Assembly (NCBI GenBank): GCA_040756075.1
Contig: JBFLZX010000001.1
Span: 28,787-92,786, forward strand
Direction of reading: 5' to 3'
Length of the DNA stretch: 64,000 nt
Origin: Patescibacteria group bacterium
Lineage (GTDB): Bacteria > Patescibacteriota > JABMPQ01 > JBFLZX01
Both the position numbers and the translations under genes were made by a program. Positions 9,889 through 19,320 of the stretch are shown here, piece after piece. Every line of letters starts with the position of its first letter. The stretch's first letter is position 1. The notes under the pieces were generated by a model, which did no database searches, had not been told where the DNA came from, and worked only from the letters and a program-made list of their open reading frames with translations.

Positions 9889-12069
9889 ATGAAAAAAGTT
9901 TTACTAACTGGTGGAGCTGGTTATTTAGGTTCTATTCTATCAAGAAAACTGATTGAGAAAGGCTATCAAGTAAAATGTTTTGATAAGATGTATTTCGGTG
10001 AAAGTTCTATTAAGCAATTAATACCCCATAAGGATTTTGAATTGATTAATGGCGATATCCAAAAATTAGATGCATATTCTAATCTTTTAGATGGTGTTAA
10101 CGCAGTTATACATTTAGCCGGCCTTGCTAATGATCCGACGGCAGAACTCGATCCCGAGCTCACTCAATTGATAAATTATAGATCATCTTATTTATTGGCT
10201 AAGATGGCTAAAGAAAGAGGGGTTGAGCGTTTTATTTATGCTTCAAGTTGTAGCGTCTACGGGAAGGGGCTGTTGGATGTTGTTAGCGAAGAGACGCCAT
10301 TAAATCCTGTATCGGTTTATGCTGAATCAAAAATGCGTGCCGAAAATGAAATTATAAAGATGGTGGATGAAAAATTTTGCCCTATATTTCTAAGACAGGC
10401 TACCCTTTATGGCGTTTCTTGGCGTATGCGTTTTGATTTAGCAATTAATTTAATGGTTTTACACGCAATTCTTAGTAAAAAAATCTTTATTTGGGGCGGT
10501 GGGACTCAGTGGAGGCCTTTTTTGCACGTTGAAGATGCCGCAGAAGCGTTTATAACTTGTTTAGAGCAACCTAGAGATAATGTTGCTGGAAAAATTTATA
10601 ATGTTGGATCTACGGAGAATAATTATAAAATAATAGATTTAGCAAAAATCGTTCAAGACAACATTAAGGGTGTTCAATTAGACATAATTCCTGACAATCC
10701 GGACAAACGCAGCTATAGAGTTTGTTGTGACAAGATTAGCAAGGAATTGAATTGGCATCCCAGGAGAACAATTGAGGATGGTATAAAGGAGCTAATCGGA
10801 TTTATTGAAAAAAATAAACAAAAAACTAATTTCGAAGATTATTATTATTATAATATTAAGACACTTCAGCGTTTCTTAAAAACACCTGTAATAGAGAATG
10901 GCGATCCGATTAGAGCAGACGAGTTACCGTTTAATAGGCCCAGCATAGGTAAAGAAGAGGAAGAAGAAGTTTTAGATACTCTTCGTTCGGGATGGTTAAC
11001 GACTGGTCCAAAAGTTAATACATTAGAAGAAATGTTTAAAAGATATATTGGAGTTAAGCATGCCGTTTGCGTTAGTTCTTGTACTGCGGCCCTACACCTT
11101 AGCTTAGCCGTTTTAGATATTAAGGATGGAGACGAAGTTATTACTTCGCCAATAACATGGCCGGCTACTGCTAATGTAATAGTTCATGTAGGGGCAACTC
11201 CAGTTTTTGCTGATGTGAATCGCCGCACTCTTAATATTGACCCCCAAGAGATCGAATCAAAAATTACAAAAAAAACGAAGGCGATTATACCGGTACATGT
11301 AGCAGGACAGCCATGTGAAATGGATAAAATCAATCAAATTGCTAAAAAATATAATCTTCATGTAATTGAAGATGCGGCACATGCCATAGGCGCTTTTTAT
11401 AATTCGCAACAAATAGGCACAATTAGTGATTTTACTTGTTTTAGTTTTTATCCGATTAAAAATATAACTACTATTGAAGGAGGGCTCGTAGTTACTAATA
11501 ATAATGAATGGGCGAAAAAATTAAGAATTTATAGTTTGCATGGAGTAACTAATGATGCATGGAATAGATATGCTACTAAATCCAAAGGAATTCATGAGGT
11601 CGTATATCCAGGATTTAAATATAATATGAGCGATATACAAGCTTCTCTTGGAATACACCAGCTGAAGAAACTCAAGACATTTATTAAACAAAGAAAAGAA
11701 ATAATAGAGCAATATAATAATAGTTTTAGTCAGATTGAAGAGATTATTTTTCCCCAACCTATTCATAATATACAACATGCAAATCATCTTTATATTATAA
11801 TATTAGATATTGATAAATTGAAGATTGACAGAGATAGGTTTATTGAAGCCTTAAAGAGCGAAAATATAGGCGTGGGCGTTCATTTTCGTTCATTGCATAT
11901 GCAGCCATACTATAGGAATAGATTTAGTTTTAAAGATGATTATTTTCCTTCAGCAAAGTATCTAAGCGATAGAATCCTTTCATTGCCTTTATACCCTGCC
12001 ATGAATCAACGCGATGTAGATACAGTTATAAAAGCCGTTATAAAACTAGTTAATTACTATAGAAAATGA
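9889..12069 (+). CDS. Bifunctional fusion of an NAD-dependent sugar-nucleotide epimerase/dehydratase (extended SDR) and a DegT/DnrJ/EryC1-family PLP aminotransferase
   Basis: N-terminus: LLTGGAGYLGS Rossmann motif and YAESK catalytic dyad. C-terminal roughly 390 aa: DegT-family pattern (SGWLTTGPKV ... CTAALHLSL ... SFYPIKNITTIEGG). A strong AGGAGG RBS lies upstream. Confidence 0.75.
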   Translation: MKKVLLTGGAGYLGSILSRKLIEKGYQVKCFDKMYFGESSIKQLIPHKDFELINGDIQKLDAYSNLLDGVNAVIHLAGLANDPTAELDPELTQLINYRSSYLLAKMAKERGVERFIYASSCSVYGKGLLDVVSEETPLNPVSVYAESKMRAENEIIKMVDEKFCPIFLRQATLYGVSWRMRFDLAINLMVLHAILSKKIFIWGGGTQWRPFLHVEDAAEAFITCLEQPRDNVAGKIYNVGSTENNYKIIDLAKIVQDNIKGVQLDIIPDNPDKRSYRVCCDKISKELNWHPRRTIEDGIKELIGFIEKNKQKTNFEDYYYYNIKTLQRFLKTPVIENGDPIRADELPFNRPSIGKEEEEEVLDTLRSGWLTTGPKVNTLEEMFKRYIGVKHAVCVSSCTAALHLSLAVLDIKDGDEVITSPITWPATANVIVHVGATPVFADVNRRTLNIDPQEIESKITKKTKAIIPVHVAGQPCEMDKINQIAKKYNLHVIEDAAHAIGAFYNSQQIGTISDFTCFSFYPIKNITTIEGGLVVTNNNEWAKKLRIYSLHGVTNDAWNRYATKSKGIHEVVYPGFKYNMSDIQASLGIHQLKKLKTFIKQRKEIIEQYNNSFSQIEEIIFPQPIHNIQHANHLYIIILDIDKLKIDRDRFIEALKSENIGVGVHFRSLHMQPYYRNRFSFKDDYFPSAKYLSDRILSLPLYPAMNQRDVDTVIKAVIKLVNYYRK

Positions 12070-13769
12070 AAAAAGACCCAAGTAAAATACTAATCTTAAT
12101 AATCATCATAGGAGCTATAGTAAGAATTTTAGGCGTAAATTTTGGGCTCCCTTTTATATATCACAATGATGAAAAGATAATTGTGAATTATGCGCTTGCT
12201 TACGGCGCAGGAGACCTGAACCCACATTTCTTTAAGATTCCGCCTTTATTGTCTTATTTTCTATTTTTTCTTTACGGGATTTTTTATATAGCGGGGAAAA
12301 TTTTAGGCATTTTTAATTCTATTAGTGAATTCGGATACCTTTTTTTAAATAATCCAACCAGTTTTTTTATTATTGGTAGATTTTTTGCTGGAGTTATTCC
12401 AGGCATTCTGTCAATTCCCCTGATATTTTATTTAGCAGAAAGAGCATTTTCAAGACGCGTTGCAATATTTGCGTCACTTTTCTTATCGCTTAATTTTTTA
12501 CACGTCAGAGATTCTCACTATATTTATTGCGATATACTCTTAGTTTTTTTTATCCTCCTATTTTTTATATGGCTTTTTAAAATTTTTGAGAAAAATCGAA
12601 CAAGCGACTATTTTGTCACTGCATTAATTATCGGTATAGCTACATCAATAAAATATAACGGAATACTATTATTTATTCCTTTTCTACTTATAATTTTACG
12701 CAATAAAGCCTTTTTTAAAGATAGCAATATAGTTTTGTTTAAAAGATTATTTGGAATAGGGTTATTTTATCCCATCGCTTTATTCTTTAGCAATCCGTAT
12801 ATGTTTCTAGATTATAAATTTTTCTTTAATGATATTTCAAGAATGCCTTTTTATAATCCCGGATTTTTTTATCACTTAAAAGTATCTATTGTTGGAGGAT
12901 GCGGCCTATTAATATTTCTTTTTTCTATAGGCGGCTTTACAATAGCCATTTTTAAGAAACATTTTTTTGCTATTACACTTGGTTTCTTTGGCTTAATTTA
13001 TTATTTTATTGTTGCTAGGCTTAGCCAATCGGCAGAGAGATATATTCTTCCACTTATTCCCGCTATATTATTATTTGCGGCATATTTTCTTGATTACATT
13101 ATTCAGAAAGTAAAAGCAGTTAAAGCGCAATTAATTCTCTCTGTTTTATTTTGTATAATATTACTTACACCTTCTTTGTTTAAAATATATAAATCTGATA
13201 AGCTTTTTACTATGGATGATACGCGTACACAAGCTTATGAATGGATTAAGAAAAACATTCCATTTAATACTAAGATCGCTGTCGATTCAACCGGGTCAAT
13301 ATACCCAGTATTAAGACAATCAAAGGAATTTATTGATATCAATGTAAAAAATTTCAAAAAAGAAAAATTTCGGAAACCAGAAGGTTCTTTAGATTATAAA
13401 ATAGAACTTATAAAAAATAATCCTTATTATGATAATACTTATAGGATTTATTATTTAAAAAAAAGCATAGGCCAAAAAGGATTCTTTTTATCATTCCCTG
13501 AAGTAGAGTTAAATATAGATCAAATCAAGACTAAAGGGATTGAATATATAGTTGTTTCGACTTTACTTATTAGCAATACCGGAAAAAAATTTTTACCAGT
13601 ACTAGAAAAAAATACTAATTTAATTAAAGAATTCTCTCCATATAATAAATCTATTTCTAAATTAATTCCTGATGAGCTTACTGTTTTACCTGCTGCAGCT
13701 TTTACATACCGAGAGTTAAAGGATAGAGACAGGTTTGGTCCAGTAATTAGAATCTATAAGTTTAAGTAG
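12066..13769 (+). CDS. Polytopic membrane glycosyltransferase, GT-C fold (GT39/PMT_2, ArnT-like)
   Basis: Multi-TM protein. A DE-type motif in the first extracytoplasmic loop (HNDEKII) is typical of the ArnT/PMT family. There is a C-terminal soluble domain. Confidence 0.6.
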   Translation: MKKDPSKILILIIIIGAIVRILGVNFGLPFIYHNDEKIIVNYALAYGAGDLNPHFFKIPPLLSYFLFFLYGIFYIAGKILGIFNSISEFGYLFLNNPTSFFIIGRFFAGVIPGILSIPLIFYLAERAFSRRVAIFASLFLSLNFLHVRDSHYIYCDILLVFFILLFFIWLFKIFEKNRTSDYFVTALIIGIATSIKYNGILLFIPFLLIILRNKAFFKDSNIVLFKRLFGIGLFYPIALFFSNPYMFLDYKFFFNDISRMPFYNPGFFYHLKVSIVGGCGLLIFLFSIGGFTIAIFKKHFFAITLGFFGLIYYFIVARLSQSAERYILPLIPAILLFAAYFLDYIIQKVKAVKAQLILSVLFCIILLTPSLFKIYKSDKLFTMDDTRTQAYEWIKKNIPFNTKIAVDSTGSIYPVLRQSKEFIDINVKNFKKEKFRKPEGSLDYKIELIKNNPYYDNTYRIYYLKKSIGQKGFFLSFPEVELNIDQIKTKGIEYIVVSTLLISNTGKKFLPVLEKNTNLIKEFSPYNKSISKLIPDELTVLPAAAFTYRELKDRDRFGPVIRIYKFK

Positions 13770-13782
13770 AAGATATTTGTAA

Positions 13783-14553
13783 ATGTATATTTCCGTAGTT
13801 ATTCCAATATATAATGAAGAGGGCAGCATAAATACTCTTTATAATAGGCTGAGTAGGGTCATGGAAGGCATTCATCTTGAATACGAGATAATTTTTATTG
13901 ACGATGGCTCAAATGATGACTCTTTGAAATTAATAAGATCTATTATAAATAATGATAATAAAGTAAAGGCGATCTCTTTTGATAAAAATTATGGGCAACA
14001 TCCAGCGGTAATAGCTGGTTTTGAAAAAGCGCAAGGTAAATTTATAGTTACGCTTGATGCAGATTTACAGAATCCCCCGGAAGAAATTCCCAAGCTCATT
14101 GATGCGATAAATGACGGATATGATATGGTAAGCGGAATTAGGGTATTGAGAAAGGATAATAATTTTAGACAGTTATCTTCAGCTTGTTCAAATATATTTT
14201 TAAATTTACTGACAAGAAGCCATATCAATGATTACGGAACTATGCTGCGTGTTTTTAAAAAAGAATTTGCAAAAAAGATGAGCATTCATTATAGAAGAAA
14301 TAGGCTTTATATACCAGTATTAATTAATACCCTTACTAATAACATTCTAGAAATTGAGTTAAGCCATGAAAATCGTTTTGCCGGTGAATCAAAATATGCA
14401 TTTTTTAAATTGATAAAGACATTTATTTCTATAGTTATACGGTATCATCGAGGTTTTACAGCATTCCTTAAATTTTTTCATATAATAAAAGAGGACGATG
14501 TGCTTTATAGAGTTAAAGAGCAAATAGAAATACAAAAAAGTAGACATATATAA
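13783..14553 (+). CDS. GT2 glycosyltransferase, ArnC/GtrB-like polyprenyl-phosphate sugar synthase
   Basis: SVVIPIYNEEGSI, IIFIDDGSNDDS and DADLQNPPEEIPKL motifs match ArnC/GtrB. Confidence 0.75.
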   Translation: MYISVVIPIYNEEGSINTLYNRLSRVMEGIHLEYEIIFIDDGSNDDSLKLIRSIINNDNKVKAISFDKNYGQHPAVIAGFEKAQGKFIVTLDADLQNPPEEIPKLIDAINDGYDMVSGIRVLRKDNNFRQLSSACSNIFLNLLTRSHINDYGTMLRVFKKEFAKKMSIHYRRNRLYIPVLINTLTNNILEIELSHENRFAGESKYAFFKLIKTFISIVIRYHRGFTAFLKFFHIIKEDDVLYRVKEQIEIQKSRHI

Positions 14554-14555
14554 AT

Positions 14556-15323
14556 ATGCATAAAAAAACACAATCTACAAAAATAGTTTTGAAAAAAAAT
14601 AAATGGGATAGTTTATTTTTTGGCATAGATATCGCAGACATGTTTTTTCATGGATTTAATTTGCCATCGGAATCAGAAATAAAATTATTATTAGATAGAG
14701 CGTTAAAAAAAGCCTATAATTTTGGTTTTAAATATTTAGTTTTCACGCTTCCCGAAAAATTTATTTTTTTAAGCAGTATCCTTAAGAAACAAGGTTTTAA
14801 GCTTATAGATTTATGTTTTGATTTAAAGTTAGTTATTAATAAAAAGATACCTTTCAAAATATCGTCCGATATCAATATTATTAAAACCTGTATTAGCGAT
14901 ATTCCTTTCATTGAGAGGATAGCGAGTTATTCTTTTAGATTGAGCAGGTTTTATAATCTTAAATTTTCGAATAAAAAATTATCCGACCTTTACCATATTA
15001 TTTGGATTAGAAATTTACTTAAGAGTAGACGGGCTATTTTATTTACGGCTAAATTAGAAGATAGAGTGTGTGGTTTTCTTGCGCTTACATTAAATCGTCA
15101 AGATTGTTCCGGAAGGATAAGCCTTATTGCTACCAAAAAAGATATGCAGGGTATGGGGGTCGGAAATGCATTAGTTTATTATGCTATTAATTGGGCTAGA
15201 AAAAAAAGATTTAAAACGATATATGTAAAAACACAGAAGAATAATCTTAAAGCGCTAAAATTATATAAAAAACATAATTTTAAGATTTTTAATGTAGAAC
15301 GCAAGTATTCTCTTTATTTATGA
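14556..15323 (+). CDS. GNAT-family N-acetyltransferase (WecD-like amino-sugar acetyltransferase architecture)
   Basis: The C-terminus carries a GNAT motif A (MQGMGVGNALVYYAINWARKK). The two-domain layout resembles TDP-fucosamine acetyltransferase. Confidence 0.6.
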   Translation: MHKKTQSTKIVLKKNKWDSLFFGIDIADMFFHGFNLPSESEIKLLLDRALKKAYNFGFKYLVFTLPEKFIFLSSILKKQGFKLIDLCFDLKLVINKKIPFKISSDINIIKTCISDIPFIERIASYSFRLSRFYNLKFSNKKLSDLYHIIWIRNLLKSRRAILFTAKLEDRVCGFLALTLNRQDCSGRISLIATKKDMQGMGVGNALVYYAINWARKKRFKTIYVKTQKNNLKALKLYKKHNFKIFNVERKYSLYL

Positions 15324-16993
15324 TAATGAAAAAATTGATTTTAATATCTTTTTTTATTTTATTTACTATTTTATGTATAGGGACCATTCTTCAAACTTCT
15401 CCTATATGCGATGAAGTCGCGCATCATTTAGCCAGCGGATATTCCTATTTAAAGACAAAAGATTTCAGGATGAATCCAGCCACACCTGCATTTTCAAGGG
15501 AATTAATTGCTGCGTCGCTTTTAGTCCTTAATTTAAGGTTGCCAACGGATCATCCTTCTTGGATTAATAATGATAGCCCTATATTTGGAAGGCTTTTTTT
15601 ATATGAATACAATGATAATCCTGAAAGAATAGTTTTGTTGGCCCGTTTGTCTGTTATGCTTCAATCTATTATTCTTGCATTTTTGGTTTACGTTTGGGCC
15701 AGAAAGGTACACGGTGTAAACGCTGCCGTATTTTCCGTTTTTCTATACTTGTTTTCTCCTGCAATCATAGGAAATTCTACTATAGCTATGGCAGATATCT
15801 CTGTAAGCCTTTTTATATTCTTAACGATTTTTCAGTTTTGGCTTTTTTTACAAAAGAAAACTATAGCTGGCTTAATTTTTACAGGAATATTTTTTGGATT
15901 AGCACAGTCTTCTAAGCATACTGCAATAATACTATTTCCGCTTTTTATTATTTTAGGAATAGTCTATGCTATGAATTCAAGTAATAACAAGGGAGATATG
16001 TTATGGGATATGTGGAAAAAAATAGTTTTAATATGGGGGATTGGTTTTTTTACGTTATGGGCAACTTATTTTTTTGAATTCAAGCCATTGCTTTTAAATG
16101 TTAGTGATATAAACGAAAAAGTAGTATATATTCAGAGATTCTTATCATCGATACCTTTTTTAGACCATAAATATATTATAGATAAAGTAATTTATTTTGC
16201 TAAAAATGTTCCTATTCCGCTGAGCTCTTTTTTTATTTCATTATTTGGAGTATTACATCAATCAAGTATTGGGCAAGGCGTATTCTTTATGGGAGAGCAT
16301 ACTATCAGCGGATCAAGGATTTATTATATCGTCGATTATTTAATAAAGACTCCTATACCACTTTTAATTTTTATTATTCTTTCGATCTTTTTAACACTAT
16401 TTAAGAGGCTATTTAAAACAAAAATCTTAACAAATTGGTTTATTATTTTGCCGATATTTCTTATTTTTGTCGCGTCATCATATTCAAAAATCCAAGGAGG
16501 AATAAGATATCTTTTGCCGATATATCCTTTTCTATTTGTATGGCTAGGAAATATCATAACCGTTAAATTCAACCCATTTAGAAATTTATTTTATAAAATC
16601 ATTATTTTAATAATATGTTTATGGTATTTTTGGATTGCATTAAAGACATTTCCGGATTATCTATGTTATTTTAATGAAGCTGTAGGTGGATTAAATGGCT
16701 TCGGTCATAAAATAACACATGATTGTGATTGGGGGCAAGATCTTAAAGCGCTTGGTAAATTTTATAAAAAAAATGATCTTAATGAAATTACGCTTTCCTA
16801 TTTTGGTACGGCAGACCCATCTTTTTACGGAATTAATTATAAAGAGTTATCTAAGGAAGAGCAAGACGTACCGGGAAAGAAAGTTTATGCGATAAGCATA
16901 CGTTTTCTTGATTCTGCGAAATGGACAAGAAATATTCCGCCATCTGCAAAAGCAGGCCATTCTATATTCATTTATGACTTTAGAGTTAATTGA
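15320..16993 (+). CDS. Polytopic membrane glycosyltransferase, GT-C fold (GT39/PMT_2, ArnT-like)
   Basis: DE motif near the N-terminus (ICDEVAHHLASGYSY). Multiple TM helices and a C-terminal soluble domain. Confidence 0.65.
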   Translation: MIMKKLILISFFILFTILCIGTILQTSPICDEVAHHLASGYSYLKTKDFRMNPATPAFSRELIAASLLVLNLRLPTDHPSWINNDSPIFGRLFLYEYNDNPERIVLLARLSVMLQSIILAFLVYVWARKVHGVNAAVFSVFLYLFSPAIIGNSTIAMADISVSLFIFLTIFQFWLFLQKKTIAGLIFTGIFFGLAQSSKHTAIILFPLFIILGIVYAMNSSNNKGDMLWDMWKKIVLIWGIGFFTLWATYFFEFKPLLLNVSDINEKVVYIQRFLSSIPFLDHKYIIDKVIYFAKNVPIPLSSFFISLFGVLHQSSIGQGVFFMGEHTISGSRIYYIVDYLIKTPIPLLIFIILSIFLTLFKRLFKTKILTNWFIILPIFLIFVASSYSKIQGGIRYLLPIYPFLFVWLGNIITVKFNPFRNLFYKIIILIICLWYFWIALKTFPDYLCYFNEAVGGLNGFGHKITHDCDWGQDLKALGKFYKKNDLNEITLSYFGTADPSFYGINYKELSKEEQDVPGKKVYAISIRFLDSAKWTRNIPPSAKAGHSIFIYDFRVN

Positions 16994-17083
16994 GGTTATT
17001 TCATTTAGTTAGCTGAAGTATAATAATTATTAGTTTAAGTTGTTATGATGCTAATAATAGTTAATGATAGCTAAATATAGTTA

Positions 17084-17111
17084 TTGACAATTGATAAGCA
17101 TATGGTATACT
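17084..17111 (+). promoter_or_regulatory. Sigma70-like promoter (TTGACA-16 bp-TATACT) driving the long downstream operon
   Basis: TTGACA at 17084..17089, a 16-nt spacer, and TATACT at 17106..17111. It lies in the only sizeable intergenic gap (16994..17164), about 55 nt upstream of the ATG at 17165. Confidence 0.5.
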
Positions 17112-17164
17112 TATAACATATATTCTCCAAGTATTTTCTTAGTTAATATATAATTATTTTATAT

Positions 17165-19318
17165 ATGAATAATATAAAAAATATAATATTTCTTTCTATT
17201 GATGCACTGCGTTTTGATATGTTAAGATATGCAGGTGGCTACCAATTAAATACTACGCCTTCCATCGACTTTCTATGCAAAAATGGCATATATTGTGCTA
17301 ATGCATTTACTCCGGGAAATCCTACTCAGTTCGGATTTCCTTCTATATTTACCTCAACTATGCCTTTAGATTTTGGTTCATATAATGAAGGGATAAAGAA
17401 TAGGCCTATTTCTTTCCCCGAGATTCTTAAGAAAAAAGGTATTAAGACATGTGGCATGACTAATAATGTGAATATAAATAATTTCTTTTATTATGACCGC
17501 GGGTTTGATGAATTCTATGAATTTTTTGATATTGAACTCTTTTGGAATAGTATGAAGAAGAATTATTTTTATTACTACCGAGAATTGTATAAAAAAAATA
17601 TAATTAATAAACAAGCTTATTATGAGATATTAAGATTCTGGTTAAAAAAATGTTTTTTATATATGATGGATTTTTGTAATAAGAGAGATAATGCAATAGA
17701 AATCCAGTGTGATTATATTGCAGAATGGCACGATTATGAAATCCTCAAAAAAGCAATCTCAAGCAAAATTAAAAATTTAATAAATAATTTCGGGAATTAC
17801 CATAATGATAATTTCGATGATCTCTTAAATAAAAATTTATATGATTTTCTCGGTATTGTATCAACTAAGCCCGCAATAGGTAAGTTTATTAATCATATTG
17901 ATAAGAATATTGCAAAATTATTAAAGAATATTTATATCCAATTTGATGAAAGGTATTCGAGAAAGATTAAAGGAGATAAAATTGCAAAGAATATTATTAA
18001 TTGGATAGATAAAAATTCAATTAATCCATTTTTTATTTGGGCGCATTTTATGGATTTGCATGATGAAAATTATATATCAAAATCTTTTGGTTTACCCCAC
18101 AAGCTCGCTTCTTTTATAGCAAAAAGAATTTTTTTACGGGATACTTATAGAGGAAACCTGCGTTATGATTTTTCTCTAAACTTTGTAGATAGGGCGGTAG
18201 GTTGTATTATTAAGTATTTAAGAAATAAGGATCTTTTGGATAGTTCTTTAATAGTCATCTGTGGAGATCATGGGCATAGGACGGGTAAGCCTTATAGGAA
18301 AGGTTCTTCCGCCGCCGCTTTCTATGAAGAGGATATAAAAGTACCCTTAATATTTTATAACCCTAAATTCAGACCAAAGAGAATTGAAGATCTTTGTTGT
18401 TTAAGAGATATAGCTCCTAGTATTTTTTCATTTCTAGGTATTGAACAAGTGGCTGAATTTGAAGGAAAATCTGTCATTGATAGATCTGTTAAAGAGAGAG
18501 ATTATGTTATATTGGAAAATAACTTTAGAGGGCCTTGCGATTTCGACAATAAGCCCATATATCTTGCCGTCAGAACAGATAAATATAAGTATGTGCATCG
18601 CGAATCGATTAGTTTTAACGATCCATGGTCAAAGCATAAACAAGAGTTATATAATCTTAATGATGATCCAAAAGAATATAATAATTTATACGATCATCCC
18701 GAATACGTTAATGTTTTAAATAAGTTAGAAAAAATAGCAGTACAGAGAATTCAGGACATAAGATCATCGCATGGTAAGAATAATTTAGGGCATACCGATG
18801 GCAAAGGTTTTGTTTTATGGTTAACAGGATTATCTGGATCAGGGAAAACTACATACGCAAATAGGCTTTATACGCTTTTTGGCATTAAAAATTTTAAGAT
18901 ATTGGATGGAGATGAATTTAGGCAAATGTTTAGTGCAGATTTAGGTTATACATATGAAGATAGAATTTTGAATATCAAGCGAATTGCTTATTATGCGCAT
19001 ATTATATCGAGCTTAGGAATAAATGTCATAGTTGCTAATATAGCACCTTTTTATGAGGCCCGGGATTTTATAAGGCAGAATATTCATAATTATATTCAGG
19101 TTTATCTTAAAGCCGATATAGAGGTATTAAAGATTAGGGACCCTAAAGGATTATATGCTAGATCGAAAGCAAGAAAAATCGGAAATGTTATCGGGATACA
19201 TGAGCCATATCAAGAACCAAGAACTCCTGATGTCGTTATTGATACAGGACAGGAGAGCGTCGAGGATGGCGTTCAGAAAATAATTACTTATCTACGCAAT
19301 AAAAAGATAATTCAATAG
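17165..19318 (+). CDS. Fusion of an alkaline-phosphatase-superfamily 'sulfatase-like' domain with an adenylyl-sulfate (APS) kinase
   Basis: N-terminal roughly 520 aa: sulfatase/AP fold (LSIDALRFDML, TPGNPTQ, CGDHGH) but without a C/S-x-P-x-R formylglycine motif. C-terminal roughly 180 aa: CysC-like (LWLTGLSGSGKTT Walker A plus an APS-kinase-like body). Confidence 0.65.
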   Translation: MNNIKNIIFLSIDALRFDMLRYAGGYQLNTTPSIDFLCKNGIYCANAFTPGNPTQFGFPSIFTSTMPLDFGSYNEGIKNRPISFPEILKKKGIKTCGMTNNVNINNFFYYDRGFDEFYEFFDIELFWNSMKKNYFYYYRELYKKNIINKQAYYEILRFWLKKCFLYMMDFCNKRDNAIEIQCDYIAEWHDYEILKKAISSKIKNLINNFGNYHNDNFDDLLNKNLYDFLGIVSTKPAIGKFINHIDKNIAKLLKNIYIQFDERYSRKIKGDKIAKNIINWIDKNSINPFFIWAHFMDLHDENYISKSFGLPHKLASFIAKRIFLRDTYRGNLRYDFSLNFVDRAVGCIIKYLRNKDLLDSSLIVICGDHGHRTGKPYRKGSSAAAFYEEDIKVPLIFYNPKFRPKRIEDLCCLRDIAPSIFSFLGIEQVAEFEGKSVIDRSVKERDYVILENNFRGPCDFDNKPIYLAVRTDKYKYVHRESISFNDPWSKHKQELYNLNDDPKEYNNLYDHPEYVNVLNKLEKIAVQRIQDIRSSHGKNNLGHTDGKGFVLWLTGLSGSGKTTYANRLYTLFGIKNFKILDGDEFRQMFSADLGYTYEDRILNIKRIAYYAHIISSLGINVIVANIAPFYEARDFIRQNIHNYIQVYLKADIEVLKIRDPKGLYARSKARKIGNVIGIHEPYQEPRTPDVVIDTGQESVEDGVQKIITYLRNKKIIQ

Positions 19319-19320
19319 TT

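Noticed and set aside
16994-17083. Rho-independent terminator after the first operon
   Set aside because: No GC-rich stem followed by a T-tract is visible in the 16994..17083 region, so none is reported.
17165-18730. Calling the N-terminal domain of 17165..19318 a bona fide (formylglycine) sulfatase
   Set aside because: The fold-level motifs (GDHGH metal site) are present, but the C/S-x-P-x-R FGly motif is absent (TPGNPTQ in its place). Only an alkaline-phosphatase-superfamily 'sulfatase-like' call is justified.
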